Of a stretch of 64,000 nt of DNA, positions 46,601-55,320 are shown in pieces. Position 1 is the first letter of the stretch, and each line of letters starts with the position of its first letter. The notes beneath the pieces were generated by a model that saw nothing but the letters and a program-made list of their open reading frames with translations, ran no database searches and was not told the DNA's origin. A program made the position numbers and the translations under genes. The DNA comes from an uncultured archaeon (GTDB lineage Archaea > Iainarchaeota > Iainarchaeia > Iainarchaeales > 0-14-0-20-30-16). Where the stretch lies: NCBI GenBank assembly GCA_964595665.1, contig CAZQQS010000001.1, forward strand, positions 138 to 64,137, given 5' to 3'.

Positions 46601-47007
46601 ATAATACTAGATTAATAAAAATATATTCTGATTTAGATAGGTTTATTTCAGATTTGAAAGTAATAAATATAACTTCTTGCAAAGATTTAGAGGATAATAT
46701 TAAATATCATGCAGTTTCTATGCTTTTATTTTCAATATTAAATAGGGTTATAGATTTGGGTGAAGAACTTATTTTAAATAAAGGTTTTGCTTTGCCGGAG
46801 TCTTATAAAAGTGTTTTTGAGATTTTGAATAAAGAAAAAATAATTTCAAATGATGAATATCAAAAAATAAGAGAAATGATAAATATAAGAAATTTAATTG
46901 CACATCAGTATTATGCTTTTGATGATAAGGATATTTTTAATGCGTATCAAAATTTAGCAGTTATAATTAAGTTTATTAATCGTACTAAATCTATTTTTAA
47001 AAATTAA
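46597..47007 (+). CDS. HEPN-domain protein (HepT-type toxin)
   Basis: R-x4-HxY motif IRNLIAHQY; 4-nt overlap with the MNT gene. Confidence 0.7.
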   Translation: MNNTRLIKIYSDLDRFISDLKVINITSCKDLEDNIKYHAVSMLLFSILNRVIDLGEELILNKGFALPESYKSVFEILNKEKIISNDEYQKIREMINIRNLIAHQYYAFDDKDIFNAYQNLAVIIKFINRTKSIFKN

Positions 47008-47072
47008 AAAGCAACAGTCAACTTTTTAAAGATTCAGTTTATTTATTTATACTAAATATTTGTTGTGAAATT

Positions 47073-48026
47073 ATGATTATTGTAAATTTATTATTATTAT
47101 TAGTATCTTTATTTGTTTTAATTAAATCTGCAGATTTTGCTATAAAGTATTCTTCTATATTAGCAAAAATCTTTAGATGGCCAGAATTTATTGTAAGTTT
47201 TTTTCTAATATCTTTTATATCACTTTTACCTGAAGCAACAGTATCAATAATTTCTGCAATAAAAGGCAATCCAGAATTGGGTTTAGGTACTTTATTAGGT
47301 TCAAATGTTGCTGATTTATCTTTGGTTTTTGGTTTGGCAGCAGTGTTTTCTTTTAGTGGAATAAAGGTTAAAAGTCAAATATTAAGAAATACTTTTATTT
47401 ATTTAATATTATTATTTGTTCCATTAATATTGGGTTTTGATGGAAAATATACGCGAGTTGATGGAATTATTTTAATATTTGTAGGCGCTTTATTTTTTAT
47501 TAGAATGTATATTGAAAGTAATAGATTCCGTAAAAAATATGTTTTTGTTAAGAAAGAGCCTTTTTTAAAATCTTTAGTGTTTTTAATTTTAAGTTTGGGT
47601 TTTTTATTATTAAGTGCTTATTTTACTGTTAGATTTGCTACAAACTTAGCATATGATTTAAATTTACCTGCAATGTTTATTGGGTTAACTATGATAGCTA
47701 TTGGATCTTGTTTGCCTGAATTGATATTTTGTATTAAATCTGTAAGAAGCAACCACGATGATTTAGCTTTGGGGGATTTATTTGGTACAGTTATTGCTGA
47801 TGCAACTTTAGTTTTAGGTTTGGTAGCACTAATTTCTCCATTTACATTTAATCCAGTAAATATATATGTTACGGGCTTGGCAATGTTTTTAGCATGTTTA
47901 TTTGCAATTATTTTTATGAAAACCAATAAAACAATTTCTAAGTTGGAAGGTTTAATATTAATATTATTTTATATTCTTTTTTTGATTGTTGAGTTTTATT
48001 TTGGTGCATATCTTGGCTTTAAATAG
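47073..48026 (+). CDS. Na+/Ca2+ exchanger-family (CaCA) membrane transporter
   Basis: two alpha-repeat motifs GTLLGSNVADL / GDLFGTVIADAT. Confidence 0.75.
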   Translation: MIIVNLLLLLVSLFVLIKSADFAIKYSSILAKIFRWPEFIVSFFLISFISLLPEATVSIISAIKGNPELGLGTLLGSNVADLSLVFGLAAVFSFSGIKVKSQILRNTFIYLILLFVPLILGFDGKYTRVDGIILIFVGALFFIRMYIESNRFRKKYVFVKKEPFLKSLVFLILSLGFLLLSAYFTVRFATNLAYDLNLPAMFIGLTMIAIGSCLPELIFCIKSVRSNHDDLALGDLFGTVIADATLVLGLVALISPFTFNPVNIYVTGLAMFLACLFAIIFMKTNKTISKLEGLILILFYILFLIVEFYFGAYLGFK

Positions 48027-48184
48027 TATAAGAACATTTGTGGAAGTTGTTTTCTTAAAGATAAAGTTTGTAAAGGGATAGGTTTTATATATTAATTTTG
48101 TGAATAATGAAATAACATCTAAAATTAAACAGTATTTATATAATTATTTAGAATTAAAATATAATGATTATCTGAGGAATTTAA

Positions 48185-49039
48185 ATGTATAAAGAAATTG
48201 CAAGAGATTTACAGGAAATATTTCTTAGTGGAAGTTATTCTGATTCTTGGCCTGTAGGTTCAGCATTAGCTGCTGATTTAATTGTAGATAAGTTTGCAGA
48301 TGATTTAATTAATTATTTAAAAACTAATCCCAAATTATATCCTTTAGAAGCATCTGATTTTTTTATAATGTTAAACCCAAGGACAATATCTTTAGAAAAA
48401 AAACAAGCTGTGATGAAATATTTATTTAGATATATAAAGAATTCAAGAAAAGACATTTTATTTAGAACTACTTTGGATATATATAATCCGCCAATAATTA
48501 AAAAAGAAGAATTATTGTATTTTAAGGATTATAACAAAATTGTTTTTTTATTATCAAATTTAAGTGAAATTTTTTGTCCTATATTTAGACGACTAAATCA
48601 CGATATTTATACTTATAATAATTTGTTGTATAGATATTATAGATTAAGTAATGAATATCTTTTGGTTTCTAAATATATCAATCCAACAAAGATGACTTTT
48701 TTTGGGCATATTAATAAAGTAGAAACAATTGAGAAATATAATTGTTATTTTAATAACAAATTAGTTAAGCCAGAATATTTAATTAATCATTTACAAGAAG
48801 AAATTAATAAAAATCTTATTAAATTTTCTACAGAAATTGATAAACTATTATATGTTTTAAATAGTTGTAGAAAACATATTGGCTTAAATGAATTAAAATC
48901 AATTGATTTTAAATATAACATAAATGATTATATTGTTTCTAAAGAGCAAAAAAACAAAATATTTATGAATGTTGAAAAGAATCTAGAATCTGCAGAACAA
49001 AGATATATCTCATTATTAGGGGATTATAATGATTATTAA
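48185..49039 (+). CDS. hypothetical protein
   Basis: 284-aa ORF, overlaps downstream PEP-utilizers gene by 11 nt. Confidence 0.3.
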   Translation: MYKEIARDLQEIFLSGSYSDSWPVGSALAADLIVDKFADDLINYLKTNPKLYPLEASDFFIMLNPRTISLEKKQAVMKYLFRYIKNSRKDILFRTTLDIYNPPIIKKEELLYFKDYNKIVFLLSNLSEIFCPIFRRLNHDIYTYNNLLYRYYRLSNEYLLVSKYINPTKMTFFGHINKVETIEKYNCYFNNKLVKPEYLINHLQEEINKNLIKFSTEIDKLLYVLNSCRKHIGLNELKSIDFKYNINDYIVSKEQKNKIFMNVEKNLESAEQRYISLLGDYNDY

Positions 49040-49328
49040 TGAATTTTTAAACAAAAAAGAATTGCAAGGCGAAATTGTTATTTATAATTCTAATATAGAT
49101 ATAAGCAATAAAATAGTAGTTGTAGAAACTACAAATCCTTTTATGGCTCCTCAATTAGTTAATAGTATAGGTTTAATTGTAGAATCTGGAGGCTTATTAA
49201 GTCATACAGCTATATTTGCTAGAGAATTAAATATTCCTTGTGTTAGAATTGAAAATGCAACAAAACTATTTAAAAATGGTCAAAAAATAGAAATAAATGA
49301 GGCTGGAGAAGTAAATATTTTGAAGTGA
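49029..49328 (+). CDS. stand-alone PEP-utilising enzyme mobile (phosphohistidine) domain protein
   Basis: GGLLSHTAIFARELNIPCV signature with conserved His. Confidence 0.6.
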   Translation: MIINEFLNKKELQGEIVIYNSNIDISNKIVVVETTNPFMAPQLVNSIGLIVESGGLLSHTAIFARELNIPCVRIENATKLFKNGQKIEINEAGEVNILK

Positions 49329-49543
49329 TATATTAATTTTTTAAAAAGTTACAAAACACTATAAAGACCCTAAGAATTTATTGCAAAAGATAATGAATTA
49401 TACCTCAAAACATTGAAAAACTAAAAAATGAGTATTTATAAGATTTTGCAACTTATTATTTATTGGCAAGAATAGGATTCTATAGTGCCACCTATAACTA
49501 TTATATATAAATTAAGATATAATATATAAACAGAGTGATTTTT

Positions 49544-50296
49544 ATGTTAAATAAGAAAGATTTTATTAAACAGACAGAAAAAGCGATTCAAGAATATTCT
49601 GAAAATAATATTGAAGAACAGAGTTTATTGAAAGCTTTATCTAATTATGATTTATATCAAAAACAATTTAATACTTTTTTTGAATATTTAAAAGATTGGT
49701 ACAATTTACATAATAGTAAAAAATATGATGATTTGAAAAAAGATAATTATAAGTTTGTAAAATATTTAGCAGAAGCAGAAATAAAAGAATTAGAAGATGA
49801 AATATATTTGTCTAAAGGTTTAGAAAAAGAGGATTTATTGCAAATCAAGAATTTAGCCGTTACATTAATAGCAATTTATTCAAATTCGTCTAAGATAGAG
49901 AATTTCTTAACAAAGAAAGTAAAATTAATGTATCCTAATTTAGTTAATATTTTAGGTCCAATATTAACTGTAAGATTTTTGAATCAAGCACATTCTTTAG
50001 TTAGATTAGCTTTTTTACCCTCATCAACATTACAATTGTTTGGTGCAGAAACTGCAATGTTTAAGCATTTAAAATTTGGTAAAGATTGTCCGAAATATGG
50101 TTTATTATATTTACATCCATTAATGGCTGGTTTAACTGCTAATCAGAAAGGAAAGTTAGCAAGAGTAATGGCTAATAAGATTGCATTAGCATCAAAATAT
50201 GATTTATTAAAAAAACCTTTACATGAAGAATTATTAGAAGATGTTGAAAAGAAACAAAAAGATTTATTAAAAGAAAAACCATTAAAGAGAAGATGA
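49544..50296 (+). CDS. nop5: Nop5 (Nop56/58) C/D-box sRNP protein, short form
   Basis: Nop domain AETAMFKHLKFGKDCPKYGLLYLHPL; ATG 49544 preferred to GTG 49535. Confidence 0.7.
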   Translation: MLNKKDFIKQTEKAIQEYSENNIEEQSLLKALSNYDLYQKQFNTFFEYLKDWYNLHNSKKYDDLKKDNYKFVKYLAEAEIKELEDEIYLSKGLEKEDLLQIKNLAVTLIAIYSNSSKIENFLTKKVKLMYPNLVNILGPILTVRFLNQAHSLVRLAFLPSSTLQLFGAETAMFKHLKFGKDCPKYGLLYLHPLMAGLTANQKGKLARVMANKIALASKYDLLKKPLHEELLEDVEKKQKDLLKEKPLKRR

Positions 50297-50937
50297 TGTT
50301 TATGAATTCAAATTTAGTTTATATAAAAGATAAATTATTTACAAAGAGTTTAGATAATTTAAAATGGTATGATGAGCAAGTAATAAAGAAAGAAGATTAT
50401 TATTTGAGAGAATGGAGTCCATTTTCTTCAAAGATTTCTGCAGCGATTAAGAAAGGTTTTGTTTTGCCTGATTTACAAAACAAAGAAATATTGTATTTAG
50501 GATCAAGTACAGGAACAACAATATCACATTTATCTGATTTGCAAGCAAAAGCAATTATTGGTGTAGATATTGCTTCAGTAACAATGTTGCCATTTTTAGA
50601 GTTAGCGAAAAAAAGAGAAAATATTTATCCTTTATTATTTGATGCGGGTCATTTAGATGAATGCGATTTATTGAAAGGTCAAAAATTTGATTTTGTTTTT
50701 CAAGATATTGCTCAAAAGAATATGGTTGAAACATTTATTTTTAATATTAAATTATTTGGTAAAAATGGTTTCCATGCAATAGCTTTGAAAGCATCAAGTA
50801 TTGATTCAACAAAAACTTCAAAACAAATTTTGGATTTATCTTTAAAGAAATTTGAAGATGCAAAAATTAAAGTTGAAAAGATAATTGATTTGAGTCCATT
50901 TGAAAAGAATCATTATTTTATAGTAATAAGGTATTAA
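50293..50937 (+). CDS. flpA: fibrillarin (rRNA/tRNA 2'-O-methyltransferase)
   Basis: Fibrillarin-like core. Start ambiguous among ATGs at 50293, 50296 and 50302. Classic nop5-flpA pair. Confidence 0.8.
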   Translation: MMFMNSNLVYIKDKLFTKSLDNLKWYDEQVIKKEDYYLREWSPFSSKISAAIKKGFVLPDLQNKEILYLGSSTGTTISHLSDLQAKAIIGVDIASVTMLPFLELAKKRENIYPLLFDAGHLDECDLLKGQKFDFVFQDIAQKNMVETFIFNIKLFGKNGFHAIALKASSIDSTKTSKQILDLSLKKFEDAKIKVEKIIDLSPFEKNHYFIVIRY

Positions 50938-50938
50938 A

Positions 50939-51493
50939 ATGGATTCAAAAAAAATTAAGACATTAATAATTTTCTTATTCTTATTATTATTCTTAATAAG
51001 TTTTTCTTTATTTTTGTATTTATATGGTTTTGATTGGATTGTTAATACTTTGCATATAAGACATACTTATTTATTAGGGTTTTTTGCGTGTTTATTGGGT
51101 GGCATATCTACTATTTCAGCATCAATTTATTTGCCCATAATGACTTCTTTTGTTATTGCGGGTTCAAATCCTTTATTATTGGGTATAATTGGTGGAATTG
51201 GTTTAGCTATAAGTGATATATTTTTCTTTTATATTAGTTTAAAAGGTAGAGAATTAATCCCAAAGGGTAAATTTGAGGATTTTTTAATAAGATTAGAACA
51301 GAAGTTTATGCATTTGGGTAATTTTTGGGTTGGTTTATTTATAATTCTTTATGTAATGACTCCTTTTCCAAATGATATATTAAATTTAACCTTAGCTTTT
51401 GTTAAATACCCTACACATAAAGTGGTAAAATTTTTATTTGTTGGGGACATAATATATATGACTGCGTTTTGTTTAATTATAAGTTTATTTTGA
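50939..51493 (+). CDS. membrane protein (4-5 TM), unknown function
   Basis: hydrophobic helices. Confidence 0.35.
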   Translation: MDSKKIKTLIIFLFLLLFLISFSLFLYLYGFDWIVNTLHIRHTYLLGFFACLLGGISTISASIYLPIMTSFVIAGSNPLLLGIIGGIGLAISDIFFFYISLKGRELIPKGKFEDFLIRLEQKFMHLGNFWVGLFIILYVMTPFPNDILNLTLAFVKYPTHKVVKFLFVGDIIYMTAFCLIISLF

Positions 51494-51502
51494 GGTGATT
51501 AT

Positions 51503-52024
51503 ATGGGAAATACTAAAGAGAATTTGTTGAGTGCATTTAGTGGCGAAAGTCAAGCAAGAAATAAATATGATTATTTTGCTAAAGTTGCTAGAAAAGAAGG
51601 TTATTTGTATATTGCAAAAATATTTGAAGAAACTGCATTAAATGAAATGCAACATGCAAAAGATGAATATAAATTATTAGAAGGTTTGGGTAATACTATT
51701 GATTGTTTAAAAAAAGCTATTGATGGCGAAAATTATGAAGTAAATGAAATGTACCCTGAATTTGCAAGAATTGCTAAAGAAGAGGGTAATTTAGAGGCAT
51801 ATAATTTATTTAATCAAATTGCAAAAGTAGAAAAAGAACATGAAGCAAGATATAGAAAGTTATTAGAATTGGTTGAACAAGGTAAAGTATATAAAAGAGA
51901 TAATTCAATAAGGTGGAAATGTTCTAAATGTGGGTATATTCATGAAGGTACCGAACCACCTATAAAATGCCCTTCTTGTAAACATGAAAAAGAATATTAT
52001 GAACCAGAATGTATGGATTTTTAA
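51503..52024 (+). CDS. rubrerythrin
   Basis: ferritin-like ExxH pairs and C-terminal rubredoxin CxxC...CxxC. Confidence 0.8.
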   Translation: MGNTKENLLSAFSGESQARNKYDYFAKVARKEGYLYIAKIFEETALNEMQHAKDEYKLLEGLGNTIDCLKKAIDGENYEVNEMYPEFARIAKEEGNLEAYNLFNQIAKVEKEHEARYRKLLELVEQGKVYKRDNSIRWKCSKCGYIHEGTEPPIKCPSCKHEKEYYEPECMDF

Positions 52025-52154
52025 AAAATACATGTTATTTATTTAAAGGAAAACTATATATAGTGGGATAAATCATAATATATTATTAGATTTACGAGGT
52101 GATGATTGATGAGTATAAATAATTCAAATAATAGAAGGGGTCAAGTTCATCACT

Positions 52155-52358
52155 TTGGAGACAATATATAAAGTATCATTGGATAGTAAATCTAGACTAG
52201 TTTTACCTTTAGAAATACGCGATTCTTTGGGCTTAGATAAAAATAATAAGCAATTAATTCTAAAGCTTTTTAAGGATAACGATTCATTATTATTAAAGTT
52301 AGAGAAGTCAGATTTATCTATTGGTAAGTTAGTTTCTAAAAATTGTATGCTATTATAA
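52155..52358 (+). CDS. AbrB/SpoVT/MazE-type swapped-hairpin DNA-binding protein (possible orphan antitoxin/regulator)
   Basis: SKSRLVLPLEIRDSLGL motif. Confidence 0.5.
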   Translation: METIYKVSLDSKSRLVLPLEIRDSLGLDKNNKQLILKLFKDNDSLLLKLEKSDLSIGKLVSKNCMLL

Positions 52359-52446
52359 AATTTGTGTTGGCACACAAACTTTGTCTGAAAGACGTGTTTC
52401 TTTTGGATAAATTTTAGATTTTTCTTTACAAAGAAAAGGATATAGT

Positions 52447-52519
52447 GTCTGAGGTAGTCTAGTGGTTAGGATAGAAGACTGTGGATCTTCTGACCCGGGT
52501 TCGAATCCCGGTCTCGGAC
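52447..52519 (+). tRNA. tRNA-His (anticodon GUG) with genome-encoded G-1
   Basis: Hand-folded: G-1 pairs with C73; acceptor TCTGAGG/TCTCGGA; anticodon stem GAAGA/TCTTC with loop CTGTGGA; T-arm CCGGG-TTCGAAT-CCCGG; followed by CTTTT. Confidence 0.8.
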
Positions 52520-52524
52520 CTTTT

Positions 52525-52543
52525 GTGGAATTGCAAATTCCAC
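52525..52543 (+). terminator. 8-bp hairpin with GCAA tetraloop (GTGGAATT-GCAA-AATTCCAC) immediately after tRNA-His and an oligo-T tract
   Basis: inverted repeat seen directly. Confidence 0.4.
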
Positions 52544-52612
52544 TCAAAGCCACGACTGTGGCTTTGGTAACATCTATTTTGGTAGGGCGGCAACCTTTTT
52601 CTAAAAGGGCTC

Positions 52613-52656
52613 GTTCGAATCCCGGTCTCGGACCTTTTGTGGAATTGCAAATTCCA
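52613..52656 (+). repeat. 44-bp exact direct repeat of the tRNA-His 3' end plus downstream hairpin half (copy of 52499-52542); att-site-like remnant
   Basis: GTTCGAATCCCGGTCTCGGACCTTTTGTGGAATTGCAAATTCCA present twice 70 bp apart; the second copy cannot fold into a T-arm. Confidence 0.6.
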
Positions 52657-52754
52657 AATCTTTTTTGATTCTTATTGTTTCGAGTGGCCATACTTGTTAT
52701 AAGTGTGCACACTTATTTATAAATCTTTTGTGTCTTATATTACTAGGTGATTTT

Positions 52755-52958
52755 ATGACTAATGTAACTTTTTCTTTACCCAATGAAACTTATGCTTTTA
52801 TGAAAAAATATAATGAAGTTAAATGGAGTGTTGTTGTTCAAAAATCAATAAATCAATATATTGCAAAATTAGAGCAAGATGAAGATTTTTTAGAAAAATA
52901 TTCTGTTAAAAAATTGTTTGAAGAAGGTGAAGAAGCGGATGCAATCTTTGATTTATAA
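52755..52958 (+). CDS. putative antitoxin (RHH/CopG-like) of the MazF-like toxin
   Basis: SD AGGTGA before ATG 52755; small acidic C-terminus; overlaps the toxin gene. Confidence 0.45.
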   Translation: MTNVTFSLPNETYAFMKKYNEVKWSVVVQKSINQYIAKLEQDEDFLEKYSVKKLFEEGEEADAIFDL

Positions 52959-53289
52959 TTTTGGAGATATTTTTGTTGCAAAAAATCCATATTCTGATTT
53001 AGTTTCTAGTAAAACAAGACCTGTAATAATTATTAGTCCTAATAAGTATAATAATTTGTATCAAGATGTTGTAGTATTAAGTATAACTACTCAAGATAAA
53101 GATCTTAATATTTCTCAATTAATTTCAAATAATGATTTAGTTGATAAAAAATTAAAACAAATTAGTTTTATAAGAGTAGATAAACCAAATTCAATATCTA
53201 AACAAATATTAGAATATAAAATAACATCTTTAAAACCAGAAATATTAATTAAATTAAAGCAAAAAATAAAAGAATTCTATAATTTATGA
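52918..53289 (+). CDS. MazF/PemK-family toxin (mRNA interferase)
   Basis: GDIFVAKNP...KTRPVIIISPN...VVVLSITTQ matches the PemK/MazF core; start may be internal at 52939. Confidence 0.65.
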   Translation: MKKVKKRMQSLIYNFGDIFVAKNPYSDLVSSKTRPVIIISPNKYNNLYQDVVVLSITTQDKDLNISQLISNNDLVDKKLKQISFIRVDKPNSISKQILEYKITSLKPEILIKLKQKIKEFYNL

Positions 53290-53464
53290 TTCGTATGTTA
53301 AAATATGTTTATCATGGTAGAATTTAAAAATCAAAAACAGAATAAGAATATAGATTCTAAAAACTTATTGATGAAAAACACAATGTTATATATTATTTTT
53401 ATTAGAGAAACCTTTTTATAGTTTATCTATTTATTTAAGTATTATTCTTAGGAGGTATTTTAAA

Positions 53465-53668
53465 ATGGCTAAGAAAGTTAATTGGGTAGCTGCATTGTTA
53501 TTATCTATTTTTTTAGGTAGTTTTGGTGTAGATAGATTTTATATGGGTCAAGTAGGCTTAGGAATATTAAAATTAATCACTTTAGGTGGTTGTGGTATTT
53601 GGTCTTTAGTAGATATTATATTAATAGCTACAAAACATCAATATGAAGGTATTGAATGGGAATTTTAA
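53465..53668 (+). CDS. TM2-domain membrane protein
   Basis: GVDRFYMGQ...G signature with two TM helices. Confidence 0.7.
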   Translation: MAKKVNWVAALLLSIFLGSFGVDRFYMGQVGLGILKLITLGGCGIWSLVDIILIATKHQYEGIEWEF

Positions 53669-53857
53669 GGTGTTAAAATAACATCTTTCTTTTCTTCTTT
53701 TTTTTCTTTTTTTAAGAAAATTTGGGAAACGTTTTTAGATTTTCTAACATTATCAAATAGAAAATATAGGTTAATTGTTTTTTCAATAATAATTTTATTA
53801 TTAGTAATTATTCCAGTATCAACATTAGAAAAGAGTCCAACTATAAGTATAAATTAT

Positions 53858-54094
53858 TTGCTCTTTAAACCATTTGAAGGTAAATGTGTTAACATTTTAC
53901 AACACGATTATTGCGATTACCCTAGTAAAGGAATAACAAGAGGAGTTTCATCTATATTGCATTTAGAATTTGAGCAAGCATATAATTACAATCCAATTTC
54001 GTTTTTGGTTTTATTAATTTTGTTTGGAATTATAATTTGGGATATTTTTTATTTAATATGTTCTTCTAAGAAATATTCAACTGCTTTTGGATAA
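53858..54094 (+). CDS. small membrane protein, hypothetical
   Basis: 78-aa ORF with C-terminal TM helix; convergent with the downstream minus-strand gene. Confidence 0.25.
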   Translation: MLFKPFEGKCVNILQHDYCDYPSKGITRGVSSILHLEFEQAYNYNPISFLVLLILFGIIIWDIFYLICSSKKYSTAFG

Positions 54095-55320
54095 ACTTCC
54101 CAAGACCAAACACCTTTCATTGCAGCAATATTAATTTTCTTTTCATTTTCTTTAAAATATGTTTTGCCAAATTTATTTTCAATAGTGTTTAACATTTCAT
54201 TATATTTTTTTAACCCAAATATATATCCTACTTTAGTCCAGGTTTGTAAAAATCTATTCTTTGAATCGTTTTTGAACCAATCTGCCCAATAATAATTTTT
54301 AGTTATTTTTAATATCTCATTATATCCATTAAATCCTTTTTCTTTTTGTTCTCTATCTTTAGTTAATCCAAAATATAATGACTCTATTCTAAATTGTGTT
54401 TTTAATTCAGTATTTAATTTAGAATATTCTATATCAAAATTATTTAATTCTAATTCTTTATATTTATTTTTTAAAAAATCAAATGCTTCGTTTTCTCTAT
54501 AAGTTGCAATGCCTTCTGTTACAGGCATTTGTGAAAATAATCTAAAATCACTAGTTAATTGTAATGTTTTAGGTAGATCTCTAGAATATATTTGATGTGC
54601 TCCATGCCCTAATAGTTCATGGAAACCTACGCAATATGCATTAATTGGTTTAATTAATATTTTTTTGTTTTGTAAAATATGATAAAAACCATATGATCCT
54701 AAATTCAATATTTTTTTGTCAGCTTGCCAATAACTCATTTCTGTATTTGTTTCTTTAGGGGGTAATAAAAATATGTTATAATCAAAATTTTTAGGCAAAT
54801 ATTTTTTTTTGATTCCATATGTTAAAATATCTTTTTTTATTTTTGGTAAAATATTTTTAGTTAATTCTTTTGCATCATCAGTAAATCTGTTTATCTTAAT
54901 TTTATTAACTTCTCGTTCCATTTCAGAATATTTCCATTTTTTTTCATAGGGTACATTTTTCATATGGTATTCTAAATATTTAAATGAACCTTTACCCATT
55001 GTACTATCTAACATTTTTTTTACAGTATAAGGAGAATCTTTGTTTGTAAAAAAATCAATTATTATATCATTTATTTTTAAGTTAGATAAAATATTTTCTA
55101 AATATAATTCTTCAAAATAATTTTTAGAATTTGAATCATTAACTTTATTTTTTATTTCTTTTAGTTTTTTAGTATATAATTCTTTTACATATAAATTGCT
55201 TTTATTATTTAATAGTGTGGATATTAATATATAAAAATCATATATATCCAAATCTAATTTTTGTAATTCTTTACTTAACATAAAATCATCTCTTAAATGC
55301 ACTTGCTGTTTTACCAGCAT
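54049..55320 (-). CDS. uncharacterised 423-aa protein co-transcribed with the HerA-like ATPase (contains HELLGHGAH, a HExxxH-type motif)
   Basis: 35-nt overlap with the upstream ATPase gene; K/N-rich; no confidently recognised family. Confidence 0.4.
   Translation of the reverse strand: MLVKQQVHLRDDFMLSKELQKLDLDIYDFYILISTLLNNKSNLYVKELYTKKLKEIKNKVNDSNSKNYFEELYLENILSNLKINDIIIDFFTNKDSPYTVKKMLDSTMGKGSFKYLEYHMKNVPYEKKWKYSEMEREVNKIKINRFTDDAKELTKNILPKIKKDILTYGIKKKYLPKNFDYNIFLLPPKETNTEMSYWQADKKILNLGSYGFYHILQNKKILIKPINAYCVGFHELLGHGAHQIYSRDLPKTLQLTSDFRLFSQMPVTEGIATYRENEAFDFLKNKYKELELNNFDIEYSKLNTELKTQFRIESLYFGLTKDREQKEKGFNGYNEILKITKNYYWADWFKNDSKNRFLQTWTKVGYIFGLKKYNEMLNTIENKFGKTYFKENEKKINIAAMKGVWSWEVYPKAVEYFLEEHIK

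Noticed and set aside
49329-49543. Possible C/D-box sRNA in the 215-bp gap upstream of nop5
   Set aside because: Could not find a convincing C box (RUGAUGA) / D box (CUGA) pair with appropriate spacing; left unannotated.
52567-52656. Second tRNA gene or Nanoarchaeum-style split tRNA half at the duplicated 3' segment
   Set aside because: No complementary 5' acceptor strand, D-arm or anticodon arm can be folded upstream, and the T-stem 5' strand (GCTCG) does not pair with CCCGG; better explained as an att-like duplication.
52353-52712. ORFs 52353..52712(-), 52459..52650(-), 52462..52668(+) covering the tRNA-His region
   Set aside because: They span a well-folding tRNA and its duplicated 3' end; translations are Pro/Gly/Arg-rich artefacts of the GC-rich tRNA sequence.
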